Part shown: positions 24,139-32,000 of the stretch, piece by piece
How the letters are laid out: every line of letters starts with the position of its first letter
Numbering within the stretch: position 1 is the first letter of the stretch
DNA from: Nostoc punctiforme PCC 73102
GTDB taxonomy: Bacteria; Cyanobacteriota; Cyanobacteriia; Cyanobacteriales; Nostocaceae
Reading direction: 5' to 3'
DNA: 32,000 nt
Assembly: GCF_000020025.1 (NCBI RefSeq)
Contig: NC_010628.1
Span: forward strand, 7,650,001 to 7,682,000
Made by a program: the position numbers and the translations under genes
Notes under the pieces: generated by a model
What the model saw: the letters and a program-made list of their open reading frames with translations, nothing else
Told to the model about the DNA's origin: nothing
The model's database searches: none

Positions 24139-24882
24139 TTACTCAATTGGACGACGCACTTTTTTTTCATTTCGCACAGAAAAGAATAGCACAACTGCTA
24201 GCAGGATAAAGGCGATAGCAGAAGCATAGCCCCTTGGCAGTGATAGACCGCCATTTTTAACTGGTTTTGTCAGAAAATCTCCGAAGGTGGCTCCGAAAGG
24301 ACGTGTGAAGATAAATGCGAGCCAGAATAGAAGGATATCGCTCAACTTTGTTACGTAGTGAAGGGCGATGACAACACCAATGACGGTAGCTGTCACCAAT
24401 GCACCCTGGATATAACTTAGTCCCAAGTTGCTTGTGAGAAAATCACCAAAGGCTGTTCCCAAACTGTTGGAGAACACCACAGCCAGCCAATAGGTAGTCT
24501 CTGCATCTTTCTTGACAATCGGATAAACGCTCAGATCGCGATCGCGGTAATACCAGATGCTAAGAACGCTCAACAGACCGGCAACCAGAAGAAGCGATCC
24601 CAGTGCGTAGCCAAGTCCAAGAGATCGATCCATCAAGTCTGAAACTTCGGTTCCGGCTGTAGTTGTGGCGATGATGGCCACCCAATAAAGGACTGGACGA
24701 TATCTGTCGGATTGAATTTGAAAAAACAGGAGAATAGCCAGAATAGCAAACGTTATAGCAAAGCCTATGTAATACCCCAGGCCAAGAGTCATTGAGATGA
24801 AGTCACCTGCCGTCTCGCCGAGCGTCGTGGCGATAATCTTCATGATCCAGAAGAAAATTGTGACTTTTGCAACTTTGTTCAT
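24139..24882 (-). CDS. Polytopic membrane protein with four internal 2-TM repeats (uncharacterised family), paralog B
   Basis: 247 aa with a repeated motif (F/Y)W-x7-(T/S)xG(T/E)xxxD(F/L)...LGLGY, e.g. FFWIMKIIATTLGETAGDF, LYWVAIIATTTAGTEVSDL, TYWLAVVFSNSLGTAFGDF and LFWLAFIFTRPFGATFGDF. Confidence 0.75.
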   Translation of the reverse strand: MNKVAKVTIFFWIMKIIATTLGETAGDFISMTLGLGYYIGFAITFAILAILLFFQIQSDRYRPVLYWVAIIATTTAGTEVSDLMDRSLGLGYALGSLLLVAGLLSVLSIWYYRDRDLSVYPIVKKDAETTYWLAVVFSNSLGTAFGDFLTSNLGLSYIQGALVTATVIGVVIALHYVTKLSDILLFWLAFIFTRPFGATFGDFLTKPVKNGGLSLPRGYASAIAFILLAVVLFFSVRNEKKVRRPIE

Positions 24883-24923
24883 TTATTTTTCACAATAAAA
24901 AATAGTAAGTCAGCGATTGCTAA

Positions 24924-25691
24924 TCAGTCTTGTCGGTCAATCGGCAGTAAGACTGGTTTTTTCTGCTTAAGGCTTAAGTAAATAACTAGGCTTATGATTA
25001 TAGAAAGAAAAAGCATACTGGTTCCGACAGTACCAAAACCAAAGCCACCATTTGTAGTAGATTGGGATAGTAAATCACCTATAGATGCTCCAAGTGGACG
25101 AGTTAAGATATAAGCTAACCAGAATGCCAAAACTGCATTCATCCACAAGTAATAATAAGTGATCGCTATGATTGCAATTGAAGCACCAAATATCAGTGCT
25201 GATTGTGCATAACCCAATCCCAAAGACTCTGCTAAGAGGTCTCCTGTTGCAGTGCCCAAGGCAAACGTAAATAAAACAGCCACCCAATAAAAAAGCTCTC
25301 TTTTAGCTGTATTGATGGAGTGCATGGCTAATGTCTTTTCGCTTGAATACCAGAGTGCAAAAACTATCAACAAGGAAACACTAAAAATTACAGTAGTTGT
25401 TACCAAACTAACTCCAAGCTCATCTACTAATCTATCAGTGATCAGTGTGCCAACGATACTTATCAAAACGACCACAAACCAGAAACTTGCTGGAACATAG
25501 CGTTTAAGCTTAAACTGATTCAACAGCACAATCAATAATACAGCGCTCATAATGTAGGATGTAATGCCTAAACCAAGGTTCAGTGTTGCTGATAGAAAAT
25601 CTGCTGCGGTTTCACCTACTGTAGTTGCCAAAACCTTAATGATCCAGAAGTAAATTGTTACCTCTGGAACCCTGTTTAACATCTTATTCAT
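24924..25691 (-). CDS. Polytopic membrane protein with four internal 2-TM repeats, paralog A
   Basis: 255 aa with the same fourfold motif (IYFWIIKVLATTVGETAADF, FWFVVVLISIVGTLITDRL, FYWVAVLFTFALGTATGDL, AFWLAYILTRPLGASIGDL). Confidence 0.75.
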   Translation of the reverse strand: MNKMLNRVPEVTIYFWIIKVLATTVGETAADFLSATLNLGLGITSYIMSAVLLIVLLNQFKLKRYVPASFWFVVVLISIVGTLITDRLVDELGVSLVTTTVIFSVSLLIVFALWYSSEKTLAMHSINTAKRELFYWVAVLFTFALGTATGDLLAESLGLGYAQSALIFGASIAIIAITYYYLWMNAVLAFWLAYILTRPLGASIGDLLSQSTTNGGFGFGTVGTSMLFLSIIISLVIYLSLKQKKPVLLPIDRQD

Positions 25692-25795
25692 GAGCTTTCT
25701 CCTTCTTGATTTTTCCGTAGAAGTGAGATTACATCACATCTTAAAGTTAGCTGTATTCTCAGAAATCACTGAGTGATTGTACTTTACACAGTAAA

Positions 25796-25814
25796 AGTCA
25801 AGAAATAGTCAAGA
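25796..25814 (-). promoter_or_regulatory. Putative response-regulator box (direct repeat with 11-bp period) upstream of the membrane-protein/PAP2 operon
   Basis: The plus strand reads AGTCAAGA-AAT-AGTCAAGA. In the gene direction the box is followed by a 9-nt spacer and TAAAGT (25786-25781). Confidence 0.5.
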
Positions 25815-25922
25815 TTTGATAGAAAACGGAATTTTATCTTAATCGAGGCAGTAAAAATAGCTAAAATCTCTACTTAAAAATTAATTTTACTATTTGATAT
25901 TAAATTTTTTAACTAAAATCAA

Positions 25923-25941
25923 TCTTGACTATTTCTGGACT
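25923..25941 (+). promoter_or_regulatory. Mirror copy of the same box upstream of the PepSY gene
   Basis: TCTTGACT-ATT-TCTGGACT is the reverse complement of 25796-25814 at 18 of 19 positions. It is followed by a 9-nt spacer and TACTGT (25951-25956). Confidence 0.5.
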
Positions 25942-25993
25942 TTTATTACCTACTGTGAAAATACAAACCCAGACTTAAAGGAATTTTTAAAGT

Positions 25994-26479
25994 ATGAAAA
26001 CTTCAACACAAATTATTTTGGCAGCAGCTTTTGTTGGTACTTTAGGACTTGCTGAATTGTCGAGAGTTGTGTCTGCAAAACAACCACAATCTTTTGTAGC
26101 AATTGCACGTCAGCATCATAGTGTTATCAAAGTTGCTGAAGCCAGTGATGGAGACGGTGAAACCAACGACGATGCACAAGAAACGGCAAAACTGCAACCG
26201 CTAGCTAAAATTACAGCACAACAAGCACAGCAAGCAGCTGAAGCATCTGTGGAAGGTAAAGCCAAAAGCGTCAAACTCGAAAATGAGGATGGCAATTTAA
26301 TTTATGCTGTAGAAATTGGTCAGCAAGAAGTTACAGTAGATGCTGGTAACGGCAAAGTTCTCTATGTTGAAAATGCCAATCAACAAGATGAAAAGAATGA
26401 AGCCACTCGTCCCAAGAGTAGTATTCAAGTTAAAGAAACTAGTGATGGCGATCGCGAAACCAATGATGATGGTAAGTAG
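25994..26479 (+). CDS. Secreted PepSY-domain protein flanked by two acidic SDGD(G/R)ETNDD motifs
   Basis: It has a signal peptide and a PepSY-like core (ITAQQAQQAAEASVEGKAKSVKLENEDGNLIYAVEIG...VTVDAGNGKVLYVE). The acidic motifs lie at nt 26144-26173 and 26441-26470. Confidence 0.8.
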   Translation: MKTSTQIILAAAFVGTLGLAELSRVVSAKQPQSFVAIARQHHSVIKVAEASDGDGETNDDAQETAKLQPLAKITAQQAQQAAEASVEGKAKSVKLENEDGNLIYAVEIGQQEVTVDAGNGKVLYVENANQQDEKNEATRPKSSIQVKETSDGDRETNDDGK

Positions 26480-26498
26480 GGAACTTAAAATCACATTG

Positions 26499-27731
26499 TC
26501 AAGAGGTTGGTAAATGCACAGTAAAACAACTACCAACTCCTAATTGACTCGTAACACTAATTAATCCACCGTGATTTTGGGCAATAGCTTGAGCGATCGC
26601 CAGCCCTAAACCAGAACCACCTGACCAATAAGAACGAGACTGATCGGCTCGCCAAAAACGCTCAAAAACCTTGTCTATATGCTCTGGTGCAATTCCCACG
26701 CCTGTATCTTGCACATTGACATAAAGCTGGGAACCGACGCGACTAGTTTTAATTTCGACTACGCCTCTTGATGGTGTATAATAGAGTGCGTTTTCAAATA
26801 AATTAGTAAATAGTCGCGTTAATTGAACTAAATCACCTATTAGCTGAAGATTAGCAATTAATTGAAATTTAAAAGTAATTTGTTTAGCTTCAGCTTGAGG
26901 TTTATACAGTTGTATTAGGTTCTCTAATATTGAGGTTAAATTGAGAGTATCCCTATTTTGAGTAGGGACTTTCTCGGTGCGTGCTAACAATAATAAGTCT
27001 TCTGTGAGGCGAGTCATCTGGTTAGTAGCACTGGCGATCGCTTGAAACTTTTCTGCATCTTTTGGCCCTATTTCTTCTGGATATTGTAGCGGTAACTCCG
27101 CATTAATTTTGATAGCCATTAACGGACTGCGTAATTCATGGGAAGCATCAGCAGTAAACTGTTTTAATTTTTGAAAGCTCTCTTCAATAGGTTGCATTGC
27201 TTGACGAGTTAGCAAAATTCCGCCAATACCGCTAAGAAGCAAAGTTATAATAATTCCACCGCCTAATACCCAGTCTAGTTTTTGTAGAGTTTCATCAAAT
27301 TCTTCTAAAGATTGGCTCACCCTTACATACCCAACAAGCTGACCATTATCATTAGCAAGAATTGGAACAGTCACTACTTGGATAGGAACTTTACCTGTCT
27401 GAATTTGTACCCTTTTGTTTGGTAAAAAAGGTAAAATTAAAACAGTTTTCCCTTGTTGGTTAATTAAATTTCCCTGAGTATCAAACCACTGTAATCCTTG
27501 ATGATAAGCAATTAAGTCTTGTGGACGAAAGTCACTTTCAACCGTTAGGCGACCTTTTTCAAACTCTACATTTGCAGCCGCACCTTTTCCTATTGCTATG
27601 AGTTTATCTGTTATTTGTTCACTCAGACTCCGAGTGAAAGCAAATCTGACTGCGATCGCAAATATTCCCAGCAGCGATGCAAACACCACTAAATAAGACA
27701 ATAATAAACGATATCTGATTCTTTGAAACAC
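26499..27731 (-). CDS. Sensor histidine kinase (two TM helices, periplasmic loop, HisKA, HATPase)
   Basis: H-box FTADASHELRSPL, N-box FENALYYTP and G-boxes DTGVGI and GGSGLGLAI are present. The predicted start is GTG. Confidence 0.9.
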   Translation of the reverse strand: MFQRIRYRLLLSYLVVFASLLGIFAIAVRFAFTRSLSEQITDKLIAIGKGAAANVEFEKGRLTVESDFRPQDLIAYHQGLQWFDTQGNLINQQGKTVLILPFLPNKRVQIQTGKVPIQVVTVPILANDNGQLVGYVRVSQSLEEFDETLQKLDWVLGGGIIITLLLSGIGGILLTRQAMQPIEESFQKLKQFTADASHELRSPLMAIKINAELPLQYPEEIGPKDAEKFQAIASATNQMTRLTEDLLLLARTEKVPTQNRDTLNLTSILENLIQLYKPQAEAKQITFKFQLIANLQLIGDLVQLTRLFTNLFENALYYTPSRGVVEIKTSRVGSQLYVNVQDTGVGIAPEHIDKVFERFWRADQSRSYWSGGSGLGLAIAQAIAQNHGGLISVTSQLGVGSCFTVHLPTS

Positions 27732-27799
27732 ATTATTTTCGCTATATAATTGTTAATTATTAGATCATGGATCTCTAAAATTAATATTTTTTAAATAGT

Positions 27800-28474
27800 T
27801 TAATTGTGTCCTAAACGATAACCAATGCCATAAATATTTTCAATAAATTCCTCTGAACTTCCAGATGCTTTAAGTTTATTCCGCAAATTGGTAATATGAG
27901 TTTTAATACTTCCTTCACCCGAAGATTTATCAAAGTCCCACAGTTTGTCAAGAATTGCAGAACGAGTTACAACTAGATTGGGATTTCTCAAAAAATATTC
28001 TAATATCATATATTCTTTAGGAGTTAATGATATGATATTTCCTGCATAAGTAACCTGTTGAGTTGCTGGGTCTAGTTGCAAATCACCGTGGATTAAAATC
28101 TGAGGACGAATCTCTGGAGTTCTTCGAGCTAAAGCCCTGATGCGTGCTGCTAATTCTTTTAGTTCAAATGGCTTAACTAAGTAATCATCAGCACCAGCAT
28201 CAAGTCCTATAATTTTATCGTCTGTTGTATCTCGTGCCGTCAGCATTAAAATCAAAACATTAGATGAAGTAGCGCGTAAACGCTTACATAAAGTAATTCC
28301 ATCTAATTTAGGAAGCATTAAATCTAATAAAATTAGCTCATAGAATCCTGACTGCGACCATTCCCAGGCTGCAAAACCATCAGTTTTTATATCTACAAGA
28401 TGGTGTTGTCGTCTTAAAAACTCGGCTAATGGTTTAGCAATGCGATCGTCATCTTCAACTATCAAAATTCTCAT
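27800..28474 (-). CDS. OmpR/PhoB-family response regulator
   Basis: The receiver domain reads MRILIVEDD...DLMLPKLDG...K. The winged-helix C-terminus reads LTPKEYMILEYFLRNPNLVVTR...IYGIGYRLG. Confidence 0.93.
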   Translation of the reverse strand: MRILIVEDDDRIAKPLAEFLRRQHHLVDIKTDGFAAWEWSQSGFYELILLDLMLPKLDGITLCKRLRATSSNVLILMLTARDTTDDKIIGLDAGADDYLVKPFELKELAARIRALARRTPEIRPQILIHGDLQLDPATQQVTYAGNIISLTPKEYMILEYFLRNPNLVVTRSAILDKLWDFDKSSGEGSIKTHITNLRNKLKASGSSEEFIENIYGIGYRLGHN

Positions 28475-28616
28475 AATGCTCCACCTCTAAATTATTAGAG
28501 CTTGCTAACACCGAATCAGGATTATCTTATCTACAAGGGTAATCTTAAAATTTTTATCATATATTCTTAATCTGAACTTAATTCGATTTGATTAATGTTC
28601 CTATAAATTATTTATT

Positions 28617-28690
28617 TCTCTCTGAAGTCTCTGCACTTTTGCGGTTTAAAAGTAATTTATTTCATCACAGAGGCGCAGAGAACACAGAGA
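28617..28690. repeat. Inverted pair of the TCTCTG-N3-TCTCTGC short repeat (MITE-like hairpin) between cofH and the response regulator
   Basis: tctctctgaagtctctgcac (28617-28636) faces cacagaggcgcagagaacacagaga (28666-28690), whose reverse complement is tctctgtgttctctgcgcctctgtg. Confidence 0.6.
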
Positions 28691-28702
28691 TCAAAGCTAT
28701 TC

Positions 28703-29845
28703 TTAACTATTAACTTTTTGATAAAGAGTGTTACGTTGTTGGTAAGGTCGTCCTAAAGAAGCGATCGCAGTTTTTAAAGTTTCCACTTCCATACATGTAC
28801 CGCCCAAAGCACCCGCCATTGTGGTGATATGCTCCTCCATCAAGGTGCCACCGATATCGTTGCAACCCCAAACTAGGGCTTCGGTTGCACCTGCAAGCCC
28901 CAGTTTTACCCAACTCTGCTGATGGTTGGGAATCCAATTACCCAAGTAAATCCGCGCCACAGCGCCTAGCAGCAGCGCATCGCTTAAAATTGGTTGATCG
29001 CGTCCAACACGGCGACGTAAGGGTTTGGGCGCTTCTTGACCAACAAAGGGTAATAAAATAAACTCTGTGATCTTTGCGGGATATCCCTGGTTGATGGCGG
29101 TTTGTTGGAGCGATCGCAATTTTTCTAAATGCCCAATTTGCTGCTCGTGGGTTTCAATATGCCCAGATAACATGGTGCTAGTGGTATGTAAGCCTAATTT
29201 ATGAGCGGTGCTGACAATTCCTAGCCAAGTTGCTGTATTAATCTTCTCTGGACACAATATCCGCCTTACTTCATCGTCTAATACTTCTGCTGCTGTTCCT
29301 GGCATTGAGCCAACGCCAGCATCACGCAAAGCAATAATTACATCGGCATATTCAAGTCCATCAAGTCTGGCGATAAATTCCACTTCCTGGGGAGAAAAAG
29401 CATGGAGATGAATCTGCGGAAATTCCTGTTTGATGGTTTCCACTACCTTGAGGTAATAGGGTAAAGATTTACCATTTATCTGCGCTTGCGGATTTAACCC
29501 ACCCTGCATACAGATTTCTGTTGCACCCCGTCGCACTGCATCTGTTGCCTTTTCCAAAATTTGCGCCGAATCTAACCAGTATGCACCGACATCACCATCA
29601 TCTCGACGGAATGCACAAAAACTACAGTGCTGCTCACAAATATTAGTAAAGTTGATGTTACGGTTAATTATGTATGTAACCATATCGCCTGCTTGGGTAT
29701 GGCGGAGTGTATCGGATGTAGCACGGATTGCTGCGATCGCCTCTGGCTCAGTTTGTTGTAACAATACCACTCCCTCTTGAGGAGATAAGTCGTACCCCAT
29801 CAAGGCACGCTCAAGAATTTTTTCAACAGCAATTTTTGTCAGCAT
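28703..29845 (-). CDS. cofH: Radical-SAM FO (7,8-didemethyl-8-hydroxy-5-deazariboflavin) synthase subunit CofH
   Basis: 380 aa with [19 protein letters not shown] (CxxxCxxC cluster). The overall CofH/MqnE-like layout, in a cyanobacterial context, favours CofH. Confidence 0.8.
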   Translation of the reverse strand: MLTKIAVEKILERALMGYDLSPQEGVVLLQQTEPEAIAAIRATSDTLRHTQAGDMVTYIINRNINFTNICEQHCSFCAFRRDDGDVGAYWLDSAQILEKATDAVRRGATEICMQGGLNPQAQINGKSLPYYLKVVETIKQEFPQIHLHAFSPQEVEFIARLDGLEYADVIIALRDAGVGSMPGTAAEVLDDEVRRILCPEKINTATWLGIVSTAHKLGLHTTSTMLSGHIETHEQQIGHLEKLRSLQQTAINQGYPAKITEFILLPFVGQEAPKPLRRRVGRDQPILSDALLLGAVARIYLGNWIPNHQQSWVKLGLAGATEALVWGCNDIGGTLMEEHITTMAGALGGTCMEVETLKTAIASLGRPYQQRNTLYQKVNS

Positions 29846-29948
29846 TATTTCTTAATTTCTCAGTAAATTTTAATTTTATGATCTGGTAAATAATAAAATT
29901 TTACTTAATAAATACGCCAAGTTCTGGAGAATCCCAGCTAGAGAAAAT

Positions 29949-31550
29949 TTAGGTACCTTTCTGTTCTAGCCGCCACAGCCTACTATACTGGAAAACATCG
30001 ACTAGTTTGTATTTTCTCTCGAGTTGATATCTAAATTCCTTAGAAGGATTATACAGAAATACCTCACTGAAACTATTAGGGATATTTGGCAGACTTGGTT
30101 CAATTACCAATTGCATCTGCACTTTCTGATCTAGCAGATGAACGAGAGACATTAAATCGCCAATATTTAGAGAATAATTACTACTAATTAATAGTGGGTT
30201 ATTAGCTTTATTGATGATGCGAGCTATTTGAGGATTAGCATGGCTGCTTTTATTCCACCACGTCTCAGCTTGAGAACTGACGGCACAAGATAGAACTCCA
30301 CTGGAAATTACTACTACCATTACTACTTGCCAAAATTTGCGGGTTATTAACTTAGAAGTAATAATTTGAGATGCCAGCAAGTAAGGAACAGCTAGCTGAA
30401 TGCCTACATAGCACGGGATGACATATCTAGCTCGCAGACTGACCTTACCTCCAATAATCAAATCAGGCAATATGAAAGCTAAAGCAGGTACTCCACTTAA
30501 GATAAAAACAAATAACCAAACTCGCTTTCCTACCTGACCATAAAGAAATAAGAATGAATATATTACCAAGATTAGTAGCAAGGGAATTAAAAATCGACCC
30601 CAGCGCAAAACTGGCAAATTCAAATCTCTAAAAAATGGTTCGTAGCGCCAGAAATCAGCAAATAAATAGCTAATATTGCTAATCCAACCAGAAACCAAAA
30701 CTGACACAGATTGCCTGGTTTGAGTGCTGGTTGTTGTGCGTTGAATTTCAGATAAGCCGTTAATAATAGTTAAAATCCAAGGAACGAAAGCTAAAAACCC
30801 GACACTAGTTGCTATTAGATAAGCTTTAATGGTTTTGGTGAATCGAAAGCGCTCGATAGCAAATACATAAATACCGTAGGCGATCGCTAGCAACCCAGAA
30901 AACAAAAAGGTGTACAGTCCTAGTGCCACTGTTACTGCATAAATCCCCCAAAGCTTCTTGCTACCCAGTCTTATTGCTCGCAGCAGTACAGCACTCTCTA
31001 GCAAAGTAGTCACCATCCACAAACCGAACTCCCTTGCCTCTTGGGCGTACAGCACATGGAAGGGCGAGACTGTTAGAAGGGCTACGCCGATCCATGCTGT
31101 TATAGGTGACTGAAATAATTCTAAGCACAGCCAATAAATGCAAGGAAAAGCTATTAAGCTAATTATGGCTGACAAGCTTCTCGTAATCGCTACTGAATTG
31201 CCAAAAAACTGCATCCATAATCTAAGCATCACGTAATAGAGTGGAGGATGCTGGGCATCCTCCACCGCCAAAGAGTTGATTGTATTTATTAAACCTTTTT
31301 CAGAATTAGGCTGTTGATATTTTTGTATATCTCCAACAGCAAACACACGCCCATTAAACACTTTTTGAACAAATTCTGTCTTAGTGTAACCAGAAATTCT
31401 TAATGAGGTATAAGCTTCATCATGCCAGTAGACTTTTCGATCCAGATAGGCAAAGCGAAAAAATATCCCTAATATTAACAAAATAATAATTAAAAATCGT
31501 AGCCAAATCGGAGGAGAATATTTTGCAATTATTGATTGTCTGTTTATCAT
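29949..31550 (-). CDS. GT39/ArnT-like membrane glycosyltransferase
   Basis: 533 aa and polytopic. The N-terminal YWHDEAYTSLR and HPPLYYVMLRLW resemble PMT_2/ArnT-family proteins. Confidence 0.7.
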   Translation of the reverse strand: MINRQSIIAKYSPPIWLRFLIIILLILGIFFRFAYLDRKVYWHDEAYTSLRISGYTKTEFVQKVFNGRVFAVGDIQKYQQPNSEKGLINTINSLAVEDAQHPPLYYVMLRLWMQFFGNSVAITRSLSAIISLIAFPCIYWLCLELFQSPITAWIGVALLTVSPFHVLYAQEAREFGLWMVTTLLESAVLLRAIRLGSKKLWGIYAVTVALGLYTFLFSGLLAIAYGIYVFAIERFRFTKTIKAYLIATSVGFLAFVPWILTIINGLSEIQRTTTSTQTRQSVSVLVSGWISNISYLFADFWRYEPFFRDLNLPVLRWGRFLIPLLLILVIYSFLFLYGQVGKRVWLFVFILSGVPALAFILPDLIIGGKVSLRARYVIPCYVGIQLAVPYLLASQIITSKLITRKFWQVVMVVVISSGVLSCAVSSQAETWWNKSSHANPQIARIINKANNPLLISSNYSLNIGDLMSLVHLLDQKVQMQLVIEPSLPNIPNSFSEVFLYNPSKEFRYQLERKYKLVDVFQYSRLWRLEQKGT

Positions 31551-31847
31551 AAATATCGGACTATAGCGCGGATTAAAAGTTCATAAAGTCCAGTATTCGT
31601 AGTTTTTAAAGCACTTTTTTAGATGTTAATAATTAATAAATTAAAAGCCATTGCAATCATATAGATCGTAGACGAACTTTGTAATTAATTAACAATAAAA
31701 TAGGCAATTAAGGTAATTTATAGTAAGGGCAGGAGCCGCTTACTATAAGCAAATTTAATTAATTTGAAATTGCGTAATTTAGTTTACTTACTTAATCCCC
31801 ATTGTTATATTGATTAGCTGGAATTCTCACTAAAACATTGGATTTTA

Positions 31848-32000
31848 CTAATTTCCCCTTGCTTGTGGTGTTCGCCGGTGCTGTATTAGTAACCCGATCG
31901 CCATACCAATGCCGACAAAGGCTGTAAAGTAGAATAAACCAATCAATCGGATATAAATTGGTGGTGCGATCGCTTTAACTTCCACTTCTTGCGCTACTTT
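31848..32000 (-). CDS. C-terminal 50 codons of an unidentified membrane protein (5' part lies outside the window)
   Basis: My reverse-complement translation reads KVAQEVEVKAIAPPIYIRLIGLFYFTAFVGIGMAIGLLIQHRRTPQARGN*. The frame is open to the window edge and contains one hydrophobic helix. Confidence 0.35.
   Translation of the reverse strand, partial: KVAQEVEVKAIAPPIYIRLIGLFYFTAFVGIGMAIGLLIQHRRTPQARGN

Noticed and set aside
26297-26536. 79-aa minus-strand ORF antisense to the PepSY gene
   Set aside because: It is an antisense frame of a supported gene and overlaps the histidine-kinase 3' end.
28475-28702. A search for the AGTCAAGA-N3-AGTCAAGA box upstream of the response-regulator/kinase operon, as evidence of autoregulation
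   Set aside because: Only a loose CTTAAT-N5-CTTAAT direct repeat is present, and it has the wrong orientation relative to the gene. There is no convincing box.
28731-29411. Small ORFs within cofH (28731-28937 on the minus strand, 29208-29411 on the plus strand)
   Set aside because: These are alternative frames of a confidently assigned radical-SAM gene.

Overview
This window looks like chromosomal DNA from a filamentous, Nostocales-type cyanobacterium. I count about thirty GCGATCGC (HIP1) palindromes by eye, plus STRR heptamer arrays and typical cyanobacterial genes. Core genes include ndhD1 (partial), ndhF1, trxC, an NnrU-family gene, rbcR/ycf30, polA, psb27, cofH, a Cof-type HAD hydrolase, a GT39-like glycosyltransferase and a PEP-CTERM protein. 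Three regions stand out. (1) A very AT-rich, HIP1-free block of about 2.2 kb sits between ndhF1 and ndhD1. It carries one 665-aa ORF of no recognisable family with a C-terminal RNxxxH (HEPN-type) motif, next to an orphan antitoxin-like gene and an 11-codon toxin stub. This is my best candidate for an undescribed defence or toxin module. (2) A membrane Ser/Thr kinase with no external sensor domain is followed by three membrane-anchored solute-binding proteins (PstS-like, LivK-like, PstS-like) that all start with MSQKNET plus a TM helix. This could be a split receptor-kinase system. (3) An OmpR-type two-component system lies beside a PepSY protein and an operon of two fourfold-repeat membrane proteins plus a PAP2 phosphatase. 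The divergent promoters of these two units carry mirrored, near-identical pho-box-like direct repeats. No rRNA, tRNA, CRISPR array, transposase or integrase was seen. All functional calls rest on my reading of the supplied translations and motifs; no database search was run.
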